Source: Oikopleura dioica
Lineage: Eukaryota; Animalia; Chordata
Assembly (NCBI GenBank): GCA_907165135.1
Contig: OU015568.1
Location: 15,573,208 to 15,637,207 of the forward strand
Length of the DNA stretch: 64,000 nucleotides
Reading direction: 5' to 3'
Shown: in pieces, positions 35,883 through 48,936 of the stretch
Position numbering within the stretch: position 1 is the stretch's first letter
Layout: every line of letters starts with the position of its first letter
Translations under genes and position numbers: made by a program
The notes under the pieces: model-generated
Told to the model about the DNA's origin: nothing
Database searches by the model: none
Seen by the model: only the letters and a program-made list of their open reading frames with translations

Positions 35883-36594
35883 CGAGTCAACCATTTTTCC
35901 AGCGTGAAGAGTAGGATGATTGATTTTTTAGAATTATCCCTTATTTTCCATCTTTCACCTTGTTATTTTGTTCAACGAGATCAAGCGGTTGTTAATGTTT
36001 ACCGATAAAGGGTGAAACATTTGCGGCGGGAATAATATTTTCGCTAAAAGGCAATCACAGAATCACGTGGTCAGATTCCAACTTCGAGTGACCGCTGCGT
36101 TAAAAAGCGCGAAAATATAGCATCTGAAGTCGCTTTCGGAGCCAGAGCGGAAGAATAAACTCGAAGCGTAACCTTCTGGCAAATGACGTCCTTTCAGCTG
36201 CGAAATTGGCACGGTTCAATATCTACTTGCTACAAAAGCGAAATTGCCGCCTTCTCCAAATCCCAAGGAGATCCATCAAAACCAGCTGCATTAGAAATCC
36301 GCATAGAGTGTTTTCACTATGTGCTTTATCTTTTTTTTTGTAGAAGTAGACAGGAAATTTTTAGAAAAAACGAAATAGCAACAAGTTCAAAACATAAATA
36401 AAACTCAGTTTTAAAGCATGTGGCTTTTTCATAGAAATATTGCTTTTCGGAAATATTTTGTGACTCACATAGTCGAGCTGTGAGTGGTCAAAAGAGAATT
36501 TTCATTTCTGTCAAATTTGAAAGTTATTGTCAGCAGTTTTATCAAGGAATTATTAGTTAAAAAAATATTTTTTTTAAATTAGCTTCAGAGAAAA

Positions 36595-37551
36595 ATGAAT
36601 TTGGATGAATATGTTGTTTCTTACGGCGAATTTGGAAAGTGCGACAACTGTGAAAAGTTTGTCCCCTTTTTTAAACTGAATATTATATTTATTTGATATT
36701 ATTAAAGTGCATCTGAAGAAACTGCTTGCATAAGAGGAAAAAGATATTGCAAGGACTGCAAGAATGAGAAGCAGCCGAAATCTTCAGCCGAATTTCAAGA
36801 GTCGGATGCAACATTCAAATGTCGCGAAAGAGCCTGTTCTGCGGACAACCTTTCATATCGAGAGTGTGCGATTGGTGTTTGCTGTGAAACTGCATTGAAG
36901 AGTGATCCTGGTAATGATACTTGTAAGTCTAGGAGGCTCTTCAGAGGATGATGTCTATGATTGCGCTTCATAATTATCAATTATAGATTATTATCATTGT
37001 GATGATGACGGTATTCATGAAGAGCATCAACTGGTCAACAAAATCCTAGAACATGCACGAAAAGAGAGAAACTCCGCTATGGACAAAATCTACGAGGCTG
37101 AAGATAAACTGACTGATGCAAAAAGGGAACTAAGAGACCTGGAAAAACTCCTGGCAAATGCAAGAAAAAGGTGGAAAATGCGGAAAAGGACATCCAAACT
37201 GAAAAGCAAAATAAAATTGCTGCTGATACATTCTTTGGAAAAGTTAAAAACGAGTTCTCATTGTGACGAAAGCTACAGTCGGTGACTCAGGTAACAAAGA
37301 AACGGAGACCCTGTTATTTCTCTTTTGATTAAGATGAACCAGAAGCAAAGAAGAAGAAGCAAAATGAAGACAACGAAAAGCCTTCTTGCAAGGTCTGCTT
37401 CTTTCCCTTCGACAACGATCATCCTGAAGCTGTGATCATCCCATGCGGCCACAAAGCCTGCTTCAACTGCATCTCCAAGCTTCCTGAGAAAGACTGTCCT
37501 AGCTGCCGCGCAAAGTTCTCCGATGAGAATGTTTACAAGGTTTACAACTAA
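36595..37551 (+). CDS. Cys-rich N-terminus, coiled coil, C-terminal RING-HC protein, paralogue 1
   Basis: MNLDEYVVSYGEFGKCDNC...ATFKCRERACSADNLSYRECAIGVCC...CKVCFFPFDNDHPEAVIIPCGHKACFNCISKLPEKDCPSC; two -1 shifts in A runs (37165-69, 37246-50). Confidence 0.85.
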
Positions 37552-37881
37552 GTGTTCTTTCCTGAAAGAACTCATTTATCGTTGCACCAGAATAAAGAAA
37601 AAATGCTTCATACGCTTTTGTTTGAAAATTCTGAAGAAAAGTTCCAGCAACTTTTATCTCATCTTAATTCATTGGTCTATCCTCCATGAGACCATATCAG
37701 AGGCGAAGAAATACTGTCAAAAATCACATTATCAAAATGACAGTCGCTTCCTGAAGTCAATTTCGCATTCTAATCAGACAGGCGTTTCAAATTAAAGGCT
37801 TCAAGGGGATCATTTCAAATCATAAGGATTCCAAGTCCAAGCTGGCGGAGAGGGGGCTATTCGAGAACAAAAGTTGTTACG

Positions 37882-39295
37882 TTGCTTCGCGAAAGAATGG
37901 TGCTCCAGAATTCCAAAATTTGGGATACCGCGGCCGCCGCTCGACCTCAGAATTATCTCTTCAGCGAATCGAGCAGTTTATGGTTCTACCAAATTTGCAT
38001 TTTAATCCCATCGGCGTTACTTGTCTACGCCCCAAAAATTACATCAATGGCGGTTTCTGCTCCCTTTTTTATGTTGGGCAAAATGCTGTTTTCTCACCAC
38101 TAGAATTCCTTTTTTGGACTTGAACACTTCTTAGGATCATCATTTTTCTCCTATCGACTAAAATCGAATAAGCAAATTTCAAATAAACTTTCAGAGGAAA
38201 AAGAAGAGTTCACGGTTTCTTGAACTGATTTAATATTTTCCCAGATGAGGGGCCGCAAGTTAGACAGCAGCCTAATATCTTTCCATTAATTTTACGAATG
38301 GATCAAGTGCTTTTCGCCATCGACAGATTCGATTTCGACAAATTTATTTCGAAAAAGCTGAATTTGATTATTAATTGAACGTCATCAACTAAGAAGAAAA
38401 ACGTAGGAAAAATACCATGATGGCATAATTCCCTAATTTTGCCGCATAATAAATATCGTCATCTGAATGTTTGGTCGAACAATAAAAATCTTAGTAAGGG
38501 TAAAACAAGTACGGACAAAGAGTCAACTGGAGTTATTCTTGTTTGGGTTCGAATTAAGGGATCAAGGATCGTCGATTCTCCGAAAAAGAAAGATCGAAAT
38601 CATTGTAATAGCCCAAGTTCGGACATGATGTTTCTGGTCGTGAATTACGATCGTTTGCCTTCGCTCAGCTTCTCTGCACATGCCGACAAAACGTGCACGC
38701 GTTTGATCATTTCTTATTGGTTTGTAATCAGCGTGTCAGAAAAATCGTTGATGCGCGGTTTAGAATCGCTTCTTTTTTGAACGTATTTGACCTTTTTATT
38801 CAGCAGATGATCATCTCTGCTTTTGCAAACGTTCAGCAGAAATAATGAAGTTCTAGAATAAAAAAGTTATGAACTTTCACCTTTCATAACAGGCTTTGAG
38901 GATGCAGTTTATCGATAAATGACCACAGACACTGATGATTCTTCAGATCATCATGGGTTGGATCGAATACCACAGCAGCTCATCCCTCTTACAGTTAATT
39001 TCAGTACGATCAACTGCCCCTACCTCAACGCCATTCGCGCTAGAATGTGGCTCACGCTAATTTACTTCATCGTTTTGGTAACGCATTTCTTCAGAGTAAT
39101 GGCTCCGCCTTATTCTTGTCCCAGGAAACGGCTCGGCGGGGCTAAGATTTTTTAGAGCGCTATCTTCCTCGAGCCAGCAAAGCATGATAATGTTATCGAC
39201 CGCACTCGGTGTTCCTTTGGCGTTTTTGTTGGGTGGGACAGTATCTCTGCAGACTGGCTTTTCTTATGTCCTCGTGGTCTTTATTTTGACCGTTA
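37882..39295 (+). CDS. Possible multi-pass membrane protein exons
   Basis: Hydrophobic open segments with splice-like ends (MWLTLIYFIVL|gtaac; MLSTALGVPLAFLLGG...YVLVVFILTVIHMYVQ|gtg). Confidence 0.3.
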
Positions 39296-40162
39296 TCCAC
39301 ATGTACGTGCAAGGTGAAATTGAAGCAAGCAGTGATAAAATGGTTCCTTTGTAGAGGCGTTACTTACGGTTCTTTCTTCTGGCATAAACGAGTGTTTGCT
39401 AGAACAGGCTAGGGTGGCCAAAATGCTCGCTGAAAATTGGGCAGTAGGGGGCACCTTCTTCAAGGGCCCCTAGAGGCCCTCGACTGGAAGGGGGGCTTTG
39501 TTGGGCGAAAATTTTCCGGAAACGGGGGCTAACAGCGTCATCTCCAATCGACGCAGCCCCCACCAATAATTGCCCACCCTAAGAAAAGGTGGCGAACAGC
39601 TTCGGGGATGGACGATCATTTCGAACACACAAGTAAGTTTACTGCTATTTAGCTATGGAAAAATTGAATTTGATTCAAGGGAATCTTACTGATCTTAAAT
39701 GCATTAATTTGCGCGATTTGGCAGCTCCCGAATATGGACGAAATTGTCAACGAAAGTGACCCCGCCTGTAAATCATCTGGAATGCCTGGCTTTAACTTCG
39801 AAAAAAGCATCTACGAGCACCATTGATTTTAGATGATTGTAATAAACATATTTATTTAAATTTTCGTTCAAATTGCTACTTTTGACGGGTTCAATAAGCG
39901 CTTTTGCGTCAAAGTATTGTTCTTGCTGACAGCGACGGTTTATAAGCAGGAAACGAGGAGAAGCCCGCATTTCTGAGAACAGGGATCAAAAACAAAATGC
40001 CTAATATTTTGTCCGCATGTGATACCGAGGAGTTTAAAATGAAGCAGCGAATGCTCCTGGAGCTGATGGACTTGAAGAATCATAAAGAGATGGATAGACT
40101 GTTCGTCAGCGATGCTATCAAAGGAACGCTCTTTCCCAATTCTGCCCAATATGCCCACAAAT

Positions 40163-40352
40163 AAGAGCTAAAATGAAAAGCCGCGTAGCAGCTATTTCGA
40201 ATATCAATTATCGCCATCATTTAGAAAGAAATTGTAAAGATTATTTTGCGAAGGCGCTACGCGGCTTATATCTTATAAAAGCCGCGCTGCGGCTTTTTAT
40301 TTAAGCTCTTTAAAACCTGACTCAGGTTTTTTACACAGGTTTCAGGGGCCAG
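40163..40352. mobile_element. Family-A MITE, left-truncated and degenerate
   Basis: Hairpin remnants and CCTGACTCAGG...ACACAGG right arm. Confidence 0.75.
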
Positions 40353-40865
40353 CCAAGAATATGGAGAGAAAGAGCGGAAAACAGACATTGTTAGCTTTGC
40401 TACGTCACATGATGATCCCCTTCTGAAGCGGAAAGAACTCACGAACCCCTTTGACAGGTACACAAACATTTCAAGCACAGTTTCTTATTTTCTTCTTTTC
40501 AGCAACAAAATGGACGGCTTGAAAAAATTCTTCCGATGCTGAGCTTTAAGAAATAAATGTTCCTGTGAGTCTGACTTGTAAAGATTTGTTTTTCTGTTTT
40601 GATACCGTAGTTTCTTTCAGCTGGCTTGTACTACAAGCACTACTAGGAGTTTTGCTGCTAGACGAGCAAATTTGAGTTACAAGGAAATCTCCTTGAAGAG
40701 ATAATCGTAAAACAATCTTGAAACTTTTTGTGAAAGAGGAACTTTATTTAGCTAAACTTGCACCTAAAGAGAAGGAAATCGCTTATTTTGACGGAATCTT
40801 GTTATTTACGCCCCCTCCCCCATTTTTCAACCAAAGCGATTTCAAGTTCTTAAAACCTAGTTTAA

Positions 40866-41942
40866 GGATATAGCCTTGAATATTGAACTTTCGTAGCGCC
40901 GAATCCCTGTTACGAATTCATTCATTTTTCAAATTAACCCTACCTAAAATTCATCGTAGATTTCGAAAATGACCTTATTTTTAGTACTTTCTATGGTGTT
41001 TGTACCTAAAAATCGCCTTCAAAATAAAACAGACCGTCGTTCTCTGAAAATTTCCATTAAAAAGGTAAATCTGGATTGATGATATGAAAGATTGAAGCCT
41101 TATCTCCAATCTAGCGGTGGATTTTACAAAAATATTGAAGATTACGGCTTCTAGGAACTGGTTTTTGATTGTACTTTGAAAAGGAGAGTGGCGCGCGCAG
41201 CCAATGAGAGCGAGGGGAAAATCTCACTCAGCCATCGCTCATCCTATTTTACGCGAGTAATTTTGTCGACAGCTTGGACGAAATCTACCATGAAGTTTTA
41301 CTCTTTGGGGAGAAAGCCCCTGGCCCCCTTCCCCGTATCCCGCGCAAATCAGTGTCGGGGAAGTCTAGAAGATTTCTGAAACGCTTGCTTGGCGGCTTAG
41401 AAGAATCTCGAGATTCTGAAGAACAGAATCTGGAAAGTCTGAACCAATCAGAGAGCCAACAAGAGTTTGCGCGGCTTCTCACCCAAATTAGGCGCGCCCA
41501 GAATGAGCTACTGAAAAAGTCAGTGCATTTTTCAGTAGCTCAGATTCTCGATCTCCCCTTTGAGCTCAACTTCATGGTAACTGAGATTCTCCCCTCGCTC
41601 TGATTGGCAGCGCGCGCCACTCTCCATTTCGAAGTACAATCATAAACCAGTTAGTAGAAGCCGTAATCTTCAATATTTTTACAAAATCCACCGCTAGATT
41701 TGAGATAAGGCTTCAATCTTTCATATCATCAATCCAGATTTACCTTTTTAATGGAAATTTTCAGAGAACGACGGTCTGTTTTATTTTGAAGGCGATTTTT
41801 AGGTACAAACACCATAGAAAGTACTAAAAATAAGGTCATTTTCGAAATCTACGATGAATTTTAGGAAGGGTAAATTTGAAAAATGAATAAATTCGTAACA
41901 GGGATTCGGCGCTACGAAAGTTCAATATTCAAGGCTATATCC
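40866..41942. mobile_element. Kolobok-like element with about 361-bp TIRs and a 355-bp core containing an open frame
   Basis: TTAA|GGATATAGCC...GGCTATATCC|TTAA; arms 40866-41226 and 41582-41942 are near-perfect reverse complements. Confidence 0.93.
41208..41603 (+). CDS. Open frame inside the Kolobok-like element (captured or relict coding fragment, coiled-coil-like)
   Basis: Stop-free across the whole core; no in-frame ATG at the 5' end. Confidence 0.4.
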   Translation, partial: ERGENLTQPSLILFYASNFVDSLDEIYHEVLLFGEKAPGPLPRIPRKSVSGKSRRFLKRLLGGLEESRDSEEQNLESLNQSESQQEFARLLTQIRRAQNELLKKSVHFSVAQILDLPFELNFMVTEILPSL

Positions 41943-42755
41943 TTAAAATAAAGGATCGAATAAAAGATTTCCAACGGAGGCGAACTGTAAAGCTTTTCGA
42001 GAGAACTGTCGTCTAAAGCCTCGTTTTTCACGGATTCTAAAAAGTTGTTGCTTGGCGAAATTCGAGGCAGCTCAAGACCGGAATTAGCGTGGTCAAGGAA
42101 ACCGGTCAGAAACGCTTTAAAAACGGTTTAGGGAAATTATTTGTTCACGCCTTTTTGAGATCTTTTGACTCAGCCACGCTCGTTTCAAGTGAGCTAGAAC
42201 AATACTTGCACGTAAATTTAATAACTGACTTCGGAACTTAGAAAGAGTTTGGAATGTGTCGAAATATTTTAACGGAATTGTTTCTTATATCAAGTTTTGC
42301 AAGGCGCTGCTGGCCGTTCTTAGAGGGCTCTTCGGGCGTGTCTGGGCTGAATTCTTGAGGTCAGACAGAGCTTTCGTTAGTTCGTGTAATGAAAGGAAAA
42401 ATTTCACCGCGAAAATTTCTTCAGCTGTGTCTATTGCTTCTATTGCTCCTTCCCGCAACTTGGACGTGACTTTTTGACATGTCAACAACGCATAATTTGT
42501 GTATTTTGCTGAAAACAACCTTCTTTCTAAACAGAAACTTACAAATAGATAATGACGGTTTTGGATGTAAGTTCGCTCGCGCGTTATCTGCAAGTTATAC
42601 GGACATTACACTCGTTATTCTCGCCGATCATCGCATCTACGCAATTTATAGCTGGATAAGTTTTCTGCTAGAAATGACAAGTTGAGACTTTTTTTTTTAT
42701 TGTTTGTGGTTTATTAAAAAATTTCAATAAATAAAAATCGAAGCAAAGGGAGTTT

Positions 42756-43700
42756 CTAAAGATCGAAGACCTTGACGACTTTTGACGCGGCAAATCGTTT
42801 ACGACAGAAAGGACAGTTCTTCTGTTCAAGAGAGGTATAGCACACGCTGCATAACTTGTGAGAACAAGATGTGATGATTGTTTCTTCGCGAACGTCGTTG
42901 AACAGTTCATTACAAACTTTGCACTTGAGCTTGTCACTCAACTTCGCCTCGTTCACGAAAGTCATTTCCGCTGAAAAACTCTTTATTTTGTAGTAATTAG
43001 CATACTCTTACCTAAATCTTCGTTGTCTTCTTTCATGGCAATTTCGGAAAGGAACAAGTGACGTTTCTGAACCTTTCTTCTATAATCTTTCGTGCGAACC
43101 CGCGTTTCTTCAGTTTCTGTTACTGCTTTCTTCGCTTCTTCGAGAGCTTGTTCCGCGTCAATCAGATCGATTTTTGCTTGTTTCGCAGCTTTTTCGGCAT
43201 TTTCTTCTTCTCCTCTGACACGTTCGTAAATTTTTTGCACATTGGCAAGATGAGCGTCTTTTGCTTAAAACAATTAACTATATTATCGGCCAAGTAATAC
43301 ATATACTTACAGTTGCAATTTCGCTGGGCTGCTTTGTTGCAGCAAGCTCCGATCCAATACTCCTCAAAAGTAAGTTGATCCTCGGAGCAACCTGAATCCT
43401 TCGCTGCGCATTTGAACGTCGCATCAGATGGCTTGAATTCAATCGGCCCCAGGTCCAATATCCATTTGTATCTCTCCGAGGAAACGCAAGACTGACAGAT
43501 GCGGAGGCCAGTCGCCAGTTTAGCGGTCGAATCTGGGTAACTGAAATATCATAATTATAGTAATATTAAATATATTATATCATAATAAAAGTTCAAAGCC
43601 TATTTCTTGTCACTTTCATACCGTTTGCAGTGGTGGCATCTACCAAATCGTCCAGCATCTACCACCCGGTCAGAATCCGAAGGAATAAAAAAGGTTTTTC
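42756..43700 (-). CDS. Cys-rich, coiled coil, RING-HC protein, paralogue 2 (start uncertain)
   Basis: GRFGRCHHC...RICQSC...DATFKCAAKDSGCSEDQLTFEEYWIGACC...coiled coil...CKVCNELFNDVREETIITSCSHKLCSVCYTSLEQKNCPFC; GT-AG introns in phase. Confidence 0.88.
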
Positions 43701-44053
43701 TTCATTTTTTCCAAATGAACCGACCACGTGTTTAAAAAAACAAATAACAATGTTCTCGAAAAAATATTGAACGTAAATACTAAATGATATTTCAATCACA
43801 CAATAACAAGCTTCAAAACCTTCAAAACGTTACATGAAGTATTCCCTGCAGAAGTTATTTTCATGCGCGAAAAAGTCCTTGGGTCAAAGTCATTGTAATG
43901 ATAAAAATCTGATAAAGAAGAAACTCTGTCCGACAGAGTCCATCTCCGCTGATAAGACCTTTATTACAAAATCCTCTTCTTTTTAGACGCAATCTATAAC
44001 CACGTTTATTTCTGCACAGTACAGTCAAAGCAGGGAGGTACAGAAAGGTTGTT

Positions 44054-44520
44054 TTAGAACGTGTTTTTCATCGGATAAAGGTTGAAATCCGACGATTTTA
44101 AATCCGGAAAGGAATACTGGACGTTCGATAATTTACTTTTTACGGTCGATTGGGACGGGATTTTCGCGTCCCTGACCCGATTTAGTTTCCGTTCTCTTCT
44201 CTGCTGCTGCTCTTGAAAAACGCGTAATCGCTCCTGAATCAGAGGACCTTTGCGCACGGCAGAATCTGATCACGCGAATCTTTGATTGAGTTACATCGGC
44301 GCATTTAGCGCTCTTTGCGAGTCCAATTTAAATTCCAGCTTTTGTCTTTAATCTACTTGCAAACACGTTCTTTCCTTTCCTCGACGATTCCACAGATCCT
44401 GCACTAGAACTTCTTCAATCTTTGAATCTACAGAATTGCCTTTGATACTTGAAATACTGTCTGTTTTGCAGAAACTGTTCTGAAAGCGTCGTCCTTTCTT
44501 ATCGGGCGTTTTTGAACCGC
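44054..44520 (-). CDS. Probable last exons of an unidentified gene
   Basis: Two open segments (KTPDKKGRRFQNSFCKTDS...LQ|gtag; RKGPLIQERLRVFQEQQQRRERKL...*). Confidence 0.35.
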
Positions 44521-44876
44521 ACGAAATCGGTCTTTTTGTAAAGAAAAGTGCTCACTCTAACGAGATGCAATTATCTTCTGTTCGCATTTGCCACACTCGA
44601 ATATTCATTAAAGTATCGTGGAGTCGATTCTTATCAGAAAGCATCGTCTCTCCGTGGCATCACTTCTATCCGCCGCGCGCTGATGACCAGAGAGCACACC
44701 TGAGCCAACTTAGCCTGTCAGTAAGTTATCTAACAGTTCATGTTTGACCTGCCCAGCTTAACATAATGAAACAACTACGGCATTAAAAGTTCAACGGAGT
44801 GCTAATTTACGGAAAGCCGTTGAAGTTCGGGTTAAAAAAGCCGCGATTTCTAACTCAATTTTTTTCAAAGTTTTCA

Positions 44877-44970
44877 AAGTGACACCCTTATTTTTCCCTT
44901 TAAAAAGGGGCTTGGATTCATCATCTAGCCTAAGATAAAATTTTGGATCGAAAAAATAAGGGTGTCACTT
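44877..44970. mobile_element. Small palindromic MITE
   Basis: 19-bp TIR AAGTGACACCCTTATTTTT. Confidence 0.7.
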
Positions 44971-45490
44971 CGTAAATGATGGAAAAAGAGCACTTTTCCG
45001 ATTCATAATCCGGTTTTGGTGACTAAGCCCAAAAGCAAATTTCTGAATGTGCTAGCTCTTCTTGAATGGAAAAATAGAGATTGATAAGTGCTCGAGTCGG
45101 ATGTCATGTTAATTGATTGCACTTGAAATCAGCGACTGCTCCTTCACATTTATGATGAATTGCTTCATTTGTGGAGCCTTACGTCGTGATTGCGTCTTTC
45201 CCCTTATTCCGGAAAGCAAAAGTTCTTTGAATTAAATGTCCCAGAGTTCGTTTCCTATAATTTATTGGAACGAGTCATGAAAAATATTTTTACTTGCATA
45301 ATTTATTTGATTATTGCGAGGTTAACGGGACTTTGCCATCAAATAACGAGTCGATTTATTTAAACAAAACTTTTATTTGAGGCCGAACTTTAGGGCATTT
45401 AAATCATCTACTTTGATCATATTTCTCGGTATCTGCTTCTAAAGGAAATATAAATTTTTCTCCGCAAAAAGTCCCGTGCTCCTAAATTAT

Positions 45491-45883
45491 GAAGGTGTCT
45501 TATCAAAAATTTTCTGACCGGCGCCGTTTTTGTTCTAGAAAAGCTGAGGTGATGCTTGACCCCGGAAAATGATCCTCATGGGCTGTTCTATTCCGGCAAA
45601 AATTTCAGCTCGTCATCATTTACCCAGCCGAGTTTATCGTTGAATTTCATTTTCCAAGGAAAATGGGATTAAAAATGGGCCGGAAACTAGGAACGTGCAG
45701 CGACAATAAAATGCACTATTTTTTGATTTTTCGCTGATAAGCACAGCAGGATATGTGAGGGCGAGCTGAAATTTTTGCCGGAATAGACCAGACCATGAGG
45801 ATCATTTTCCGGGGTCAAGCATGACCTCAGCTTTTCTAGAACAAAAACGGCGCCGGTCAGAAAATTTTTGATAAGACACCTTC
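45491..45883. mobile_element. MITE with about 130-bp TIRs, Kolobok-like GGTGTC termini
   Basis: 45491-45620 is the reverse complement of about 45755-45883; TSD degenerate. Confidence 0.85.
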
Positions 45884-46491
45884 TTATCACTATTTTTGGC
45901 GGAAAATCTTAAAACTATCTGGAGTTTTATATATCGTTCGACTCGTCTCGACGAGCTCTTCAAAACTAGACAAGAAGTTTTTTGACGATTTCCAGGCCCG
46001 CGAAATTTTTTTTGAAATCATCAAAGGAGTTTCAGGAGAGCAAAGAATAAAGAAAAAAACGCATAAATGATCAATCAAAGTTCAGACTAAGCACAGGATT
46101 AAAGATGATTAACGATCATAATCGTTAATTCAGTCAAAGTAGGCTTCTCTCGTCCATAGTAAATAATGATTCATGTAAAGAGCTTTATTTTGTTAAAAAG
46201 ATTCTTTACACGATTTTACGAATCTGCGAATTCTCTTATTTTGCACTAGAATCTAATGAGAACATATCAAGCGACGAAAGTGAGGTACACTTGTCGGCAC
46301 TGAATTTTGAAAAAGATCCGAAATTTTGACGAAACGTTATCTACTGGTACTTACAGCAGCGAATGCAACCTAAGGTTTATTCTTACACTCTTTAGTGAGA
46401 GCTATAGTGATAAGGCAACGTGGGCTCAGTTTTTTTTTGATATGAAAGCAAAAAAATCGGGGCTTTTCTGCTTCATTTGAAGGCCCGGAAT

Positions 46492-46640
46492 TTTGGCTCG
46501 GAAACCTCTAGGTCCTAAAAAAGCGAAACTTTAAGCCGCGTAGCGGCTTTTTTTTTAACGAAGCCGCGTAGCGGCTTTGTTATTAAAATAGCCGCTACGC
46601 GGCTCTTCCCTTAACTCATTCAGGACCCTGACTCGGGAAT
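46492..46640. mobile_element. Family-A MITE, degenerate
   Basis: Three hairpins and partial arms. Confidence 0.75.
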
Positions 46641-47432
46641 CCGATTTTTGGCAAAAGCAAGAATTCAAGGTGTTTGAAAAAGTCAAAAAATGAAAGCTCA
46701 ACAAATCAAGAACGGAAACGCTCGGTCGAGATAAAAGCAATTTCGAATTCACGATTTGAGCTCAACTTTTTCAATCATCGTAAAAGGCGCTGTCTATCCC
46801 TTCAGAAGTTTCAAAACTAATTACTTTTAAATGGCATTCATTTCTCAGTGACGCTTTTCAGCAGGGGGTCCCACACTCGTCCTATTTGCTTCGTTTTAAC
46901 TTCACTAGGAGAGCTTTCTCTTGGCATACATAAGTTCAAAGGGAAGAAGATGTATGTGAGATAATCCGGCGAGCTTTCGGTTTACGATTTTTACTACACG
47001 CCATTAGGTAGTGCGTGTGTTTTTTCTGCAGAAGCACACGAGAAGAAGAATCACAATCAGCGCCAGAAAATTTCAAAAAAAGAGAGAATTATCAGAAGAA
47101 AAAAAGAGGATTTGAGAATTCAAAAATGAAGGAATCTGCAGAAGACACCCTTAATTAAGTGACGAATACGTAAGTCCTTATTTTCATGGAATTTTTAAGA
47201 GTATAAATAATTGATGATTTTAATGGGGTTGCTGATTTTTTAGAGAAGCAAGATTATGCTCTGTGGACATATAAAATGTGGGAACGAATCGGCTCGATAG
47301 TAACTAGTAAATTAGTGGCCGGTTTATAGCCTTGTAATCAGCGTTAGTTTTCGCTTCACGCATGTCCAATGGTTTTTCCACACCTCGCCAAGTTACTGTT
47401 ATGCAGTTTTCATTTTGAAATGGAATGTGTGG

Positions 47433-47777
47433 TTGTTCTCGGCAACCTGTTTAAAATACCTGAGTCAGGATCTGAAAAGCTTAAATGAAAAGCCGCGTAG
47501 CGGCTTCGCCAATATTTTAACATTGATCATTCGGCGGCCATTGTTATGCTGCCTTTATAAACTTATATTCAATGTTTCCGGAAGTCTTTCCTGCTTGCGG
47601 GTCTGACTTGCCAACACACTTTCAAAACTGCATCCAATAAAATACCAAAAAAAAAAAAAGAATGATGGTTTCGCGAAGCCGCTTTGCGGCTTCGTTTTTA
47701 AAAAAGCCGCTACGCGGCTTTTTATTTTAGCTTTTGAGATCCTGACTCAAGTTTTTTACACAGGCTGCCGAGTCCAG
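47433..47777. mobile_element. Family-A MITE with a longer unique core
   Basis: TIRs, TSD ATGTG(T/G)GG. Confidence 0.9.
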
Positions 47778-48693
47778 ATGTGGGGTTTTTAAGGGTTTTA
47801 GAAGTCAATTTTTATTTTCTCGGCCAATAAAACTTTCATTGCTTCTGAATGATTAAAAAGCCAAAACCCAAGAACATCTTTAAAAAAAATTCTTTTAAGA
47901 GCAAAGAAATGGTATACAAAAGTAAAAAGCAGATTCGAGAAATATTCAGCAAAAAACAAGAGGTCTTGGGGTATTTATTTTTCTGTCTTCACAGACAAAA
48001 TCGTTTCTACTTCTAATTAACAGAAGTCAAGAGATCATATTGCTGGACCGGTAGAGCACTCACTTCTGTATTGAAAGTCAAGATATAGAATTCACGAAAA
48101 CGGCCGCGCTGAGAATCTTCTTTTTTATACAAATCATCAGCGGAAATAACCTTTTTCTGATTGCTTCAATAAATGTGGGGGGACCAATTTTCGTTTGAAC
48201 TTTAGAATGAACGCAGAAGAATGAGCAGAGTATTCATAAGATAGCGGTTCGCTGAATGTAAAACAGGGCGCTTCAAAACTTGCACGAGGCGTGTCCGAGT
48301 GGTTTGTTTCCTTCTCCTCGGTCAAGTTCTAAAATTCTAGAGCACGTGTCGAGCACGCGCTAAAACAGACCACCTACAAATACTTGACTCTGATAATTTT
48401 CGTCGCTCTCATAACTCAGTAAATCCTCTGGAAGTTGTAAAGAATCTTAAAAGGGTCAATAAAAGCTTAATGTTTCGGACTTTATGATTCGTAAAACCTA
48501 AATTCTGAGAAGTCTGCAGGCCAGAGAATAGTCCAGTTATTCATCTTTACGATCTGACTAGGTAAATGATCAGCTATTCAGACACATTTTCTCTCTTCTT
48601 TTCTCGCCAACCTCAAATGTCACAAAGATTTTCCGGAGTAAAAACGCTCTCATGACTAGCTCAACGGAGCAGGTGGATAAATTCCATCTGGCA

Positions 48694-48936
48694 CTAGGCT
48701 CGGCAGTGAGTCAGGAGTCCTGAAAGACCTTGATTGAAAAGCCGCGTCGCGGCTTTTTTTAAACAAAGCCACCAAGCGAGCTCAAATTTTTCATTCATAA
48801 TTGAAATATTGAATATATTTTTAAGTTTTGGGAAAGCCGCTTCGCGGCTTCGTATTTAAAAAAGCCGCTACGCGGCTTTTCAATGAAGATTTTTCAGAAC
48901 CTGACTCAGGTTTTTCTCAGAGGTCGCCCAACACAG
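48694..48936. mobile_element. Family-A MITE, degenerate
   Basis: Arms and hairpins recognisable. Confidence 0.82.
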
